Numbered from the stretch's first letter, positions 8,737 to 16,504 are shown. The stretch: 32,000 bases of DNA from an uncultured archaeon (GCA_964551375.1 CAZKBG010000001.1:747329-779328), one strand, 5' to 3'. Program-made: numbers and translations. The notes: generated by a model from the letters alone, not told the origin.

Positions 8737-8795
8737 TGCTGATTTAGAAGATATTAAAACAGGCAAAAATAAAAAAAGGGTTTTTGGTGATTTTT

Positions 8796-9173
8796 ATGGC
8801 TGAAGTAGTAAGTTTTTCAATGCCCGGCGACACAGCTGATGAAATTGATGCCCTTCAAAAAACTCTTGCGCTTAAAGGAAGAAGCGAATTAGTAAGAGCG
8901 GCTCTTCGCTCGCTTGAAAATGAAACAAAAGAACACTCAAAACTGAAAGGAAAAGTAAACGCAGTGCTTGTAGTATCCCATGAACATGACGACAGCCTTG
9001 AAGAAGTAATCCACCATAACGATGCGCTTGTAAAAACCCACATGCACCAGCATGTCGGCAAAAAATGCGTTGAAATATTTTTACTTGAAGGGAGCGCTGA
9101 ACAGATAAGATTACTCTATAACGCGCTTGCAAAGAACAAGCACGTTCTTGGGACGAAGTTGGTTGTGATTTGA
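8796..9173 (+). CDS. nikR: NikR-family metal-responsive ribbon-helix-helix repressor
   Basis: N-terminal RHH segment is VSFSMPGDTADEIDALQKTLALKGRSELVRAALRSL. The C-terminal metal-binding domain has the H-x-H-x5-C pattern HMHQHVGKKCVEIFLLEG and an upstream HH. This parallels the E. coli NikR high-affinity Ni site. The ATG at 8796 is preceded by GGTGA; the ORF-track TTG at 8784 is less likely. Confidence 0.8.
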   Translation: MAEVVSFSMPGDTADEIDALQKTLALKGRSELVRAALRSLENETKEHSKLKGKVNAVLVVSHEHDDSLEEVIHHNDALVKTHMHQHVGKKCVEIFLLEGSAEQIRLLYNALAKNKHVLGTKLVVI

Positions 9174-9232
9174 GATTAATTCATATTATATTTGTTCAAT
9201 TTTGGATAATTTTTACTAAACATAAATCCTTA

Positions 9233-9278
9233 CGTCAATTGACGATTTGCTTTACGTCTTACTGGAAAGGTTTTTATA
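9233..9278 (+). promoter_or_regulatory. Candidate promoter plus upstream operator, copy 2: CGTCAATTGACG palindrome-N17-CTGGAAAGGTTTTTATA
   Basis: Perfect 12-bp palindrome CGTCAATTGACG at 9233-9244. The TTTTTATA box at 9271-9278 lies ~80 nt upstream of the HMG-CoA synthase start. Near-identical to 4991-5036. Confidence 0.55.
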
Positions 9279-9302
9279 GTCCTGTGATTAGTTAATGTTT
9301 AT

Positions 9303-9335
9303 GCTTAAAGCAACACAATCTAATTGTGCTTAAGC
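9303..9335 (+). other. Stem-loop in the predicted 5' leader of the HMG-CoA synthase operon
   Basis: GCTTAA(9303-08)/TTAAGC(9330-35) and CACAAT(9314-19)/ATTGTG(9323-28) pair around a 3-nt loop with an internal bulge. The base of the stem sits ~25 nt downstream of the TATA box, near the expected transcription start. Confidence 0.35.
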
Positions 9336-9358
9336 GACTTTAAACAAAGGTTGATTGT

Positions 9359-10399
9359 ATGGCAGGAATAATAGGGTGGGGAAGTTACATCCCAAAATAC
9401 AGAATAAAAGCAGAAACAATAGCAGAAGTGCAGAACGCCGATGCTGACTCAATAAAAGCAGGATTAGGACTTACTGAAAAAAGTGTTCCTGGCAAAGACG
9501 AAGACACAGCAACAATCTCAGTAGCTGCGGCAAGAGATGCGCTAAAAAGAACAGAAATCAACCGAAAAGAAATAGGCGCAGTATACATTGGAAGCGAAAG
9601 CCACCCTTATGCAGTAAAGCCGACCGCTTCAATAGTTGGCGAAGCGCTTGATATTGGAAACACTTACATGGCAGTAGACACTGAATTTGCATGCAAAGCA
9701 GGAAGCGCAACAATACAAATGAATGCGGGATTAGTAAATTCAGGAATGATAAAATACGGACTAAGCATCGGAGCAGACACCAGCCAAGCAGAACCAGGAA
9801 ACGCGCTTGAATACAGCGCAGCAGCAGGCGGAGCAGCGTTCATAATCGGTCCTGACAAAGAATCAGTAGCAATACTTGAACACACTTGCTCTTACACTAC
9901 CGACACTCCTGATTTTTGGAGACGCTCAATGCAGCCATACCCATCACACGCAGGAAGATTCACAGGAGAGCCAGCCTACTTTAAGCACGTAACAGCAGCA
10001 ACAAAAATGATACTTGAAAAAAGCAAACTTGCGATGAAGGATTTTAAGTTTGTAGTATTTCACATGCCAAATGGAAAATTTCCTCTAAGAGTAGCAAAAA
10101 CTTTTGGAGTGACAAAAGAGCAACTTGAAGCAGGACTTGTGGTAACAAAAATAGGAAACACATACTCTGGCTCATCAATTTTGGGACTTGCCAGCGTGCT
10201 TGACATAGCAAAACCAAATGACAGAATTTTAGTAACTTCATACGGAAGCGGAAGCGGAAGCGACGCATTTATTTTCAAAGTAACAGACAAAATTACAAAA
10301 GCCCAAGGAAAAGCAAGAAAAGTAAATGACTACATAGCGCGAAAAGAATATTTAGGATACGCGCAGTATCTAAAACACATGGAGGGCATACACGGTTAG
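9359..10399 (+). CDS. hmgB: HMG-CoA synthase (archaeal type)
   Basis: 346 aa. GIIGWGSYIPKYRI N-terminus, catalytic-Cys context TEFACKAGSATIQ, FHMPNGKFP and GNTYSGSS. AAGGTTGA lies upstream. Confidence 0.92.
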   Translation: MAGIIGWGSYIPKYRIKAETIAEVQNADADSIKAGLGLTEKSVPGKDEDTATISVAAARDALKRTEINRKEIGAVYIGSESHPYAVKPTASIVGEALDIGNTYMAVDTEFACKAGSATIQMNAGLVNSGMIKYGLSIGADTSQAEPGNALEYSAAAGGAAFIIGPDKESVAILEHTCSYTTDTPDFWRRSMQPYPSHAGRFTGEPAYFKHVTAATKMILEKSKLAMKDFKFVVFHMPNGKFPLRVAKTFGVTKEQLEAGLVVTKIGNTYSGSSILGLASVLDIAKPNDRILVTSYGSGSGSDAFIFKVTDKITKAQGKARKVNDYIARKEYLGYAQYLKHMEGIHG

Positions 10400-10408
10400 T
10401 GATTAGAT

Positions 10409-11173
10409 ATGGCTAAACGCTACATGACTCCGCACAAACTTGGCTTTGCAAAAGCTGCTGCAGAAGCAGTGGTAAAGCAGAGAAAAAAAAGCCGAAAAGA
10501 AATTGCAATGGCTCCATGGACAACAATAAAAGGCGCAGGAATAGAACTTTGGAGAGAAAGATTCTGGTTCCACCCGTTTCGCTCAATCGGAATAATAGTA
10601 AGCATTCCGCAAAAAATGCTTTTAAAAATCGCATCAGAAAGAGCAAAAGTAAGAATGGCAAATGTAAATGTTGCCGCAATGGTCAGGGAAGAAATGGAAA
10701 GAGACGCTGGATTCAAAGCAACAGTGCAAACTGCAGTAAAAGACCACAAATGGCTTTATGTTGACTGGAAAGGAAGAATTGTGCAGACAATAAATTCTCC
10801 AATAAAAGAAAGCGAGGAAAATTTTGTTCTCAAAGACAGAGGACATGCCAAAAGGGCGAATATGAAAGAATTTAGCGGAAAAGCAACAATAAAATATGTT
10901 AACGCAAGTACACAGCCGAGAAAATCAAGCGACCCTGCAGGGCCAAGAGCAATAATGATAGGAACAAGAGGAAAAAATTTACACGTATCAAATTTGAGAG
11001 CAGGAAAAGAAGAAGTGATAGTAAGAACAGCTATAGAAAGCCAAACAATGACGCCGTTTGCGTCAAGACCAAACACAGTATTATTAAAATTAAAAATGAA
11101 AGACGGAAGCACAAAGAAATTTGTTGTTAATAAAGATGAAGCAAAAGGAGTAGTAAGAAGATTGGGGTTGTGA
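10409..11173 (+). CDS. Hypothetical basic protein (254 aa), no family recognised
   Basis: Starts 10 nt after the hmgB stop. Codon usage looks like its neighbours, it is K/R-rich, and it has one short hydrophobic stretch (SIGIIVSIP). The antisense ORFs here look like shadows. Confidence 0.6.
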   Translation: MAKRYMTPHKLGFAKAAAEAVVKQRKKSRKEIAMAPWTTIKGAGIELWRERFWFHPFRSIGIIVSIPQKMLLKIASERAKVRMANVNVAAMVREEMERDAGFKATVQTAVKDHKWLYVDWKGRIVQTINSPIKESEENFVLKDRGHAKRANMKEFSGKATIKYVNASTQPRKSSDPAGPRAIMIGTRGKNLHVSNLRAGKEEVIVRTAIESQTMTPFASRPNTVLLKLKMKDGSTKKFVVNKDEAKGVVRRLGL

Positions 11174-11232
11174 GTAAAATAAAATTAGTTTTTATTTTAT
11201 AGATTAAGTAAATTTATTTTAAAGGTGTACAT

Positions 11233-12387
11233 ATGAAAGTAGGCGTAATAGGAATTGGAATAACAAAGTTCGGAGAAATTTGGGACGCAAGCTTAAGAGA
11301 ACTCTTGCTTGACGCACAGCTTCGCTCATTAAATGATGCAAAAATAGAAGCAAAACAAATAGACGCAATGTACACCGGAAACATGGCAGCAGGACAACTA
11401 AGCGGACAACTGCATGTAGGCGCAATGGCGACAGAAAATCTAAATTTAGAAATACCTTCAATAAGAGTAGAAGCAGCATGCGCAAGCGGCTCGCTCGCAC
11501 TAAGACAAGGACTTCACGCAATAGAAGCAGGCGAAGCGGATATTGTAATGGTGAATGGAGTAGAAAAAATGACTGATGTTTCAACAGAACAAGTAACAAC
11601 AGCATTAATGGGCGCAGGCGACGAAGAGCTTGAAGGATTCAACGGACTAACATTTCCAGGATTATATGCATTGCTTGCAAACGCATATATGCACGAATAC
11701 GGATTAACAAGAGAAGTATTAGCAGAAGTGTCAGTAAAAAACCACTTCCACGGCGCAAGAAACTCATACGCGCAATTTCAAAATGAAATAACAGTAGACA
11801 CCGTAATGGACTCAACAATGGTAGCAGATCCTTTAACTTTATTTGACTGCTCTCCAATAACAGACGGCGCGGCAAGCGTAATACTCGCAAGCGAAAAAAC
11901 AGCTAAAAAAATGGGCGCAGAAGTATATGTAACAGGCTCAGGACTCGCAACTGACACATTATCACTTGCAAGAAGAAAATCACTCCTTGAAATAAAAGCA
12001 GGAAAATTAGCCGCTGGCTTTGCATACAAGCAAGCTGGAATCACCGCAAAGGATATTGATTTTGCAGAAGTGCATGATTGTTTTTCAATAGCAGAAATTT
12101 ACGCAGTGGAAGCCCTGGGACTTGCAAAGCAGGGACAAGGATGGAAATTATACAAAGAAAGACAAACTTACTGCGATGCAGACAAGCCGGTAAATACAAG
12201 CGGCGGACTAAAAGCATGCGGACACCCAGTTGCAGCAACTGGAATAAAACAGGCAGTGGAAGCAGTAATGCAATTACGCGGACAAGGCGCAAAAAGACAA
12301 GTAAAGGACGCTGAAATTGGAGTAACACACAATGTGGGCGGAAGCGGAGCAACTGCAGCAGTGCACGTATTTAGAAGAATGAAATAA
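11233..12387 (+). CDS. Acetyl-CoA C-acetyltransferase (archaeal thiolase)
   Basis: 384 aa. Active-site Cys in VEAACASGSLAL, plus HDCFSIAE, NTSGGLKACGHPVAATG and HNVGGSG. An AAAGGTG ribosome-binding site is present. Confidence 0.92.
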   Translation: MKVGVIGIGITKFGEIWDASLRELLLDAQLRSLNDAKIEAKQIDAMYTGNMAAGQLSGQLHVGAMATENLNLEIPSIRVEAACASGSLALRQGLHAIEAGEADIVMVNGVEKMTDVSTEQVTTALMGAGDEELEGFNGLTFPGLYALLANAYMHEYGLTREVLAEVSVKNHFHGARNSYAQFQNEITVDTVMDSTMVADPLTLFDCSPITDGAASVILASEKTAKKMGAEVYVTGSGLATDTLSLARRKSLLEIKAGKLAAGFAYKQAGITAKDIDFAEVHDCFSIAEIYAVEALGLAKQGQGWKLYKERQTYCDADKPVNTSGGLKACGHPVAATGIKQAVEAVMQLRGQGAKRQVKDAEIGVTHNVGGSGATAAVHVFRRMK

Positions 12388-12425
12388 AAAAGCAAAAATA
12401 GGAATTATATTTGAGCGTGATAAAA

Positions 12426-12653
12426 ATGGCGGAAAAGAAAGGATTTTTTGGAAAACTATTGGGGGGAAAATCAAATTCAGGATTTGGATCAACAGATTCA
12501 GAACCAGTAAGAAGAATTGAACCCAGAATAGTTGAAGAAAGAAGAGAAGAAGACGAACCAGGACAGCTTTGGAAAAAAGCCAAGAAATGGAGAGAAGACC
12601 AGGCACTCAACGAGCCTCTTGTAAAAAGAAACCAGTACAAGAAAAAATACTGA
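12426..12653 (+). CDS. Small charged, probably disordered protein (75 aa), hypothetical
   Basis: The ATG at 12426 is preceded by GTGAT. The sequence is G/K/E/R-rich and low in complexity. It sits between the thiolase and DUF35 genes. Its coding status is uncertain. Confidence 0.4.
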   Translation: MAEKKGFFGKLLGGKSNSGFGSTDSEPVRRIEPRIVEERREEDEPGQLWKKAKKWREDQALNEPLVKRNQYKKKY

Positions 12654-12702
12654 CACAACAAATTAGGGAAGTTTTATTGGAAAATTAGCGGATGGTGTGA
12701 AA

Positions 12703-13101
12703 ATGTTTAGAGAAAGCCCGATAATAAGGTGGAGACACTACAACGACAGATATAAACTGAAAGGAAGCAAATGCACAAAATGCGGAGCAACCTACTTTGA
12801 AAAAAAAGGAGTATGCACCTGCAGCAACATGGACTTTATTGAAATGGACTTCTCAGGAATTGGAAAAATTGCAGCATTCACACAAATCCACGGCGGGCCG
12901 GAAGCATTTGAAAACAAAACACCATACTGCGTGGCAGTAATAGACTTAGCTGAAGGCGCAAGAATTGAAGCGCAGGTAGTAGACGCAAAGTACGAAAATC
13001 TAAAAATAGGAATGGAAGTTGAAGCGCAATTTAGAAAATTCTATGCAAGCGGCGAAAAAGGAGTAATCCACTACGGAACAAAATTTGTTCCAAAATTCTA
13101 A
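12703..13101 (+). CDS. DUF35 zinc-ribbon/OB-fold protein (scaffold of the archaeal thiolase/HMG-CoA synthase complex)
   Basis: Zinc ribbon CTKCGATYFEKKGVCTCS, followed by an OB-like segment (PYCVAVIDLAEGARIEAQVVD...GMEVEAQFRK). The ATG at 12703 is preceded by GGTG. Confidence 0.85.
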   Translation: MFRESPIIRWRHYNDRYKLKGSKCTKCGATYFEKKGVCTCSNMDFIEMDFSGIGKIAAFTQIHGGPEAFENKTPYCVAVIDLAEGARIEAQVVDAKYENLKIGMEVEAQFRKFYASGEKGVIHYGTKFVPKF

Positions 13102-13138
13102 CGCTCTAACCTGTGCCGATTTTGGCAAAAAGAGAGCG
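13102..13138 (+). other. Two-tier stem-loop immediately after the DUF35 stop
   Basis: CGCTCT(13102-07)/AGAGCG(13133-38) enclose TGCC(13114-17)/GGCA(13124-27). No T-tract follows. The next ATG is 9 nt downstream. Confidence 0.35.
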
Positions 13139-13146
13139 GGTAAATT

Positions 13147-13914
13147 ATGAAAATGCCAAAAAAGAATGAGCTGTTAGTTCTGCCTGAAGACCACGCGGCT
13201 CATTTTGCAAAAAAATGGTTAAGATTTGCAAGAATGAAAGGAAAACCGGTTGCAAAAAGAAAACTTGCTGAATTAAAAGAAAAAATGAAACGCTTCGCAA
13301 GACTTGCTCCCATGGTTGAAAAAGCTTACTGGGAAGGATACAGAAAACAGAATCCAACAAGATACCAAGCAATCGCATTATCAGAATCCGTTCTTGAAAA
13401 AGTACTGGCAGGCGAATCAAAAGCAAAAATAAAACAAGCACATTACTTGATTGCGCATAATTTTTCACTGCAAACCTTTCGAGAAAAATACGGAGAAAGC
13501 TTAATTGCACCCGCAGAAAGAATTGCAACTATAACATTTAAGATGCAGGAAGAATTACCAGGATATCTAAAAAGAAACTGGAACAAACTCAGCGAGTTTG
13601 AGCAAAAACAATTGAAAGCCACAAAAGAAGCTCTTCCAGGAATAAATCTAAGCCTTCTTGCGCACGATATTGAAGGAAAGGCGATGTCGATTCCGGTTCA
13701 TTTACTGACTCAAGCGGAAAGAGTTCACAAAGAAGCAATCACAAGCTTAATTGGCGAATCAAGATTTAATAAATTTAACAAAACAATGAACAAAGCAGTG
13801 GATATGCTGATAGAAAAAGAACATGAAGAGGAAAAAAAGAGAGGTTTAGCAAAAGGCGGAGCAAGAAAATTAACAAAAAAAGAAATTGAAGCAAGAAGAA
13901 AAAGAATTGTTTAA
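13147..13914 (+). CDS. Hypothetical K/E/R-rich, apparently all-helical protein (255 aa), no family recognised
   Basis: ATG start with neighbour-like codon usage. It lies between the DUF35 gene and the first mevalonate kinase paralog. The C-terminal tail is highly basic (KKEIEARRKRIV). Confidence 0.6.
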   Translation: MKMPKKNELLVLPEDHAAHFAKKWLRFARMKGKPVAKRKLAELKEKMKRFARLAPMVEKAYWEGYRKQNPTRYQAIALSESVLEKVLAGESKAKIKQAHYLIAHNFSLQTFREKYGESLIAPAERIATITFKMQEELPGYLKRNWNKLSEFEQKQLKATKEALPGINLSLLAHDIEGKAMSIPVHLLTQAERVHKEAITSLIGESRFNKFNKTMNKAVDMLIEKEHEEEKKRGLAKGGARKLTKKEIEARRKRIV

Positions 13915-13933
13915 ATTTACGGATGGTTATAAC

Positions 13934-14878
13934 ATGCAAGAAGCAAAAGGAAGAGGATACGGAAAAGTAATACTGTTTGGAGAATACTTTTCTGTTTACG
14001 GCACTCCGGGAGCGGCGGCAGGCATTGACAAATATGTTGAAGTAAAAGCAACCAAACACAAAGACGCAGAAGATGTCATAATTGACGACCAGTTGTTCTT
14101 TAAAGAAAAAGTTTCGCTAAAAGAAAATCCCGAACACATAAAAATCAAAGGGCTTAAGGCAATGTTTAAAGATGAAATAGAAATTTCACTAAAAGGATTC
14201 AAATTAACTTACAGCGGGAACCTTCCCCACGGAGAAGGAATGGGATTTGGCTCGGCGCTTGGAGCCGCAACAGCAAGAGCAGTAAGCTCAATGTTTGACA
14301 TGAAACTAAAAGATGAAAAAATAAACGAGCTTGCGCAAAAATGGGACTCTGCGACAAACGGAACTCCCAGCGAAATTGACGACGCATGCGCAACATACGA
14401 CTCGCTTGTATGGTTTGAGAAAAACAAAGAAGACGACAAAGTCAAGGCAAGGCCGTTTAAATCAGGCGGAGCGCTCTTTTTAATAATCGGCGAAACAGGA
14501 ATAAAAAAACAAACACCAGAAGCTCTTGCGGAAGTAAAGAAGTGGAAAGAAGAAAACAAATCTGAATTTGAAAAAATACTTTCAGAAGCAAAAAAACTTT
14601 CAGGAAAAGCAAAGCTTGCGCTAAAATTCGGCGAAATGGCTGAAATAGGAAAACTAATGAATCAAAATCAGGAACTTTTAAAAAAAATAGGAGCATCTCT
14701 TCCTGAACAGGAGGCATTGATAAAAATTGCGCTTGAAAAAGGAGCATACGGCGCAAAAATTACCGGAACAGGATCTGGAAATATAATTGCGCTTTGCGAA
14801 AACGAGGCAATGCAGGACAAAATAATTGCGACAATCGAACAGAGAGGGTACAAAGCAATTAAAACAAGAATTCATTAA
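13934..14878 (+). CDS. GHMP kinase, divergent mevalonate-kinase paralog
   Basis: MVK-type N-terminus GKVILFGEYFSVYG, with Y replacing the usual H. GHMP motif 2 is PHGEGMGFGSALGAATA, motif 3 is KITGTGSGN, and the substrate loop is PSEIDDACATYDS. I prefer the ATG at 13934 over the ORF-track TTG at 13886, which overlaps the previous gene. Confidence 0.8.
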   Translation: MQEAKGRGYGKVILFGEYFSVYGTPGAAAGIDKYVEVKATKHKDAEDVIIDDQLFFKEKVSLKENPEHIKIKGLKAMFKDEIEISLKGFKLTYSGNLPHGEGMGFGSALGAATARAVSSMFDMKLKDEKINELAQKWDSATNGTPSEIDDACATYDSLVWFEKNKEDDKVKARPFKSGGALFLIIGETGIKKQTPEALAEVKKWKEENKSEFEKILSEAKKLSGKAKLALKFGEMAEIGKLMNQNQELLKKIGASLPEQEALIKIALEKGAYGAKITGTGSGNIIALCENEAMQDKIIATIEQRGYKAIKTRIH

Positions 14879-14906
14879 ATTAGGGCAAATATTTGGGGAT
14901 GAAAAA

Positions 14907-15836
14907 ATGGGAAGCGGAAAAGGATACGGAAAAACAATACTGTTTGGAGAACACTTTGTAGTATACGGGCTTGAAGGAATACCAGCTGCGTTAGGACAAA
15001 TCACCACTGCCGAAGTTAAAAAAATCGCAGGCGAAAATGGGTACACTTTAGCAGACAACCGCCCCGCAACTCCGGGATATAAGGAAGAAAAAGCTGGTGA
15101 ATACAGCGCGCTGATTAATAGAATACTTGAATTCATGAAAGTTAAAGGAAAAATCCAGATTACGCTCGGCGGAGATTTATTCTGCGCTTCAGGAATGGGC
15201 GCAAGCGCAGCATGCGCAGTGGCAATTGCCCGCGCAATAAACGACGAGTATAAACTTAACTGGACAGATGAACAAATAAACAACGCAGCGTTTGAAGGGG
15301 AAACTGCAGGAAGCGGAACACCAAGCGGAATAGATAACACAGTGGCAACATACGGCGGGTTTATAGTTTTCGCAAAAAATCTTGAAGGCGGAGCAAACCG
15401 AATTGATCTTTTGAAAGTGAAAAAGCCTATTGAAATAGTGCTGGCTAATTCAGGATTAACCGCTCTTACAAAAGAAGTAGTAGGAGATGTGAAAAAATTA
15501 AAAGAAGCGGAGCCCGCAAAAGTTGATTTGATATTTTCAGAATATGAAAAGCTTGCAAACGAAGCAAAAAAAGCAATTTCAACAGGCGATTTGAAAAAAG
15601 TCGGGGATCTCATGAATAAAAATCACGAATTGTTGCAGAGATTAACCGTTTCATGCAAAGAACTTGATGAAATTACAAGCACTGCAAGAAATGCAGGGGC
15701 ATTTGGGGCAAAACTCACAGGGACAGGACGAGGTGGAATGGTTATTGCATTAACTCCCGGAAAAGAACTGCAGGAAAAAGTTGCAAAAGCAATTTCAGCA
15801 AAAGGGTATAAGACAACAAAAACAATGATAGGGTAA
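14907..15836 (+). CDS. mvk: Mevalonate kinase (canonical-looking paralog)
   Basis: GKTILFGEHFVVYG, ASGMGASAACAVAIA, GTPSGIDNTVATYGG and KLTGTGRGG. The ATG at 14907 is preceded by GGGGAT. A T6 tract follows the stop. Confidence 0.88.
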   Translation: MGSGKGYGKTILFGEHFVVYGLEGIPAALGQITTAEVKKIAGENGYTLADNRPATPGYKEEKAGEYSALINRILEFMKVKGKIQITLGGDLFCASGMGASAACAVAIARAINDEYKLNWTDEQINNAAFEGETAGSGTPSGIDNTVATYGGFIVFAKNLEGGANRIDLLKVKKPIEIVLANSGLTALTKEVVGDVKKLKEAEPAKVDLIFSEYEKLANEAKKAISTGDLKKVGDLMNKNHELLQRLTVSCKELDEITSTARNAGAFGAKLTGTGRGGMVIALTPGKELQEKVAKAISAKGYKTTKTMIG

Positions 15837-15913
15837 TTTTTTGAAAATTTGCAGAACTTAGGAAGTAATTAAATCAAAAGTATTTGTAATAAGATATTAT
15901 TGGCTGTGAAAAA

Positions 15914-16477
15914 ATGGAAAAAAGAATAATTCTTGGAGTCAGCGGGGCATCAGGAGTAAATTATGCCCTTACTTTGCTAAAAGAATTGAAAAAAAGCGGA
16001 GTAGAGGTTCACTTAATCATGAGCGAGTGGGCTGAAGTGGTATTGGCTCTTGAAACAGGAAAAAAAGTAGCTGAAATGAAAAAACTTGCATTCAAAACAT
16101 ACTCAAACAAAGATATGGCAGCAAGCGTATCCTCAAGCTCATTTTTAGTGGATGGAATGATAGTGCTTCCAGCTTCAGTAAAAACAGTATCTGAAATAGT
16201 TCATGCGCACACTTCAAACTTAATCACACGATGCGCGGATAATATGCTGAAAACAAAAAAAACACTTGTGATTGGATTTAGAGAAACCCCAGTCAGTCCA
16301 CCGACACTTGAAAATCTCTATAAACTTTCGCTCTACGGGGCAATTATATTTCCATTAAGTCCGGGGTTTTACAATAAGCCAAAAACAATTAAAGACATAG
16401 AGGGATTTATTGTAGGCAAAGCAATGGATTTATTAGGTGTTAGAAATAATACTTATAAAAGATGGGAGAAGGCATAA
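15914..16477 (+). CDS. ubiX: UbiX-family flavin prenyltransferase (prFMN synthase)
   Basis: 187 aa. RIILGVSGASGVNYA flavoprotein N-terminus, SEWA, and typical UbiX/Pad1 size and layout. It lies directly upstream of a UbiD-family gene. Confidence 0.85.
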   Translation: MEKRIILGVSGASGVNYALTLLKELKKSGVEVHLIMSEWAEVVLALETGKKVAEMKKLAFKTYSNKDMAASVSSSSFLVDGMIVLPASVKTVSEIVHAHTSNLITRCADNMLKTKKTLVIGFRETPVSPPTLENLYKLSLYGAIIFPLSPGFYNKPKTIKDIEGFIVGKAMDLLGVRNNTYKRWEKA

Positions 16478-16504
16478 AAGCGCTTAAAACAAAAAGGTGA
16501 TTAT

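Noticed and set aside
10516-10764. 82-aa R/K/N-rich alternative-frame ORF, and the antisense ORFs at 10420-10749 and 10756-11112
   Set aside because: All are nested within the longer 10409-11173 frame, which has a start tightly coupled to hmgB. Purine-rich coding sequence generates such frames by chance. The 10409 ORF itself has no homology support, so this call is only moderately secure.
13886-13933. ORF-track TTG/GTG-extended starts (13886, 14826, 26238, 888, 8784, 12411, 12697, 19074)
   Set aside because: In each case an in-frame ATG a few codons downstream has a GGTG/GGGA-type ribosome-binding site or a TATA box at the right distance. It also removes the overlap with the upstream gene, and the family-conserved N-terminus begins there.
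14678-15613. 311-aa minus-strand ORF
   Set aside because: It is antisense to the canonical mevalonate kinase gene. The product is low in complexity (S/F/P/A-rich) with no motifs. It is a typical shadow ORF of a strongly supported + strand gene.
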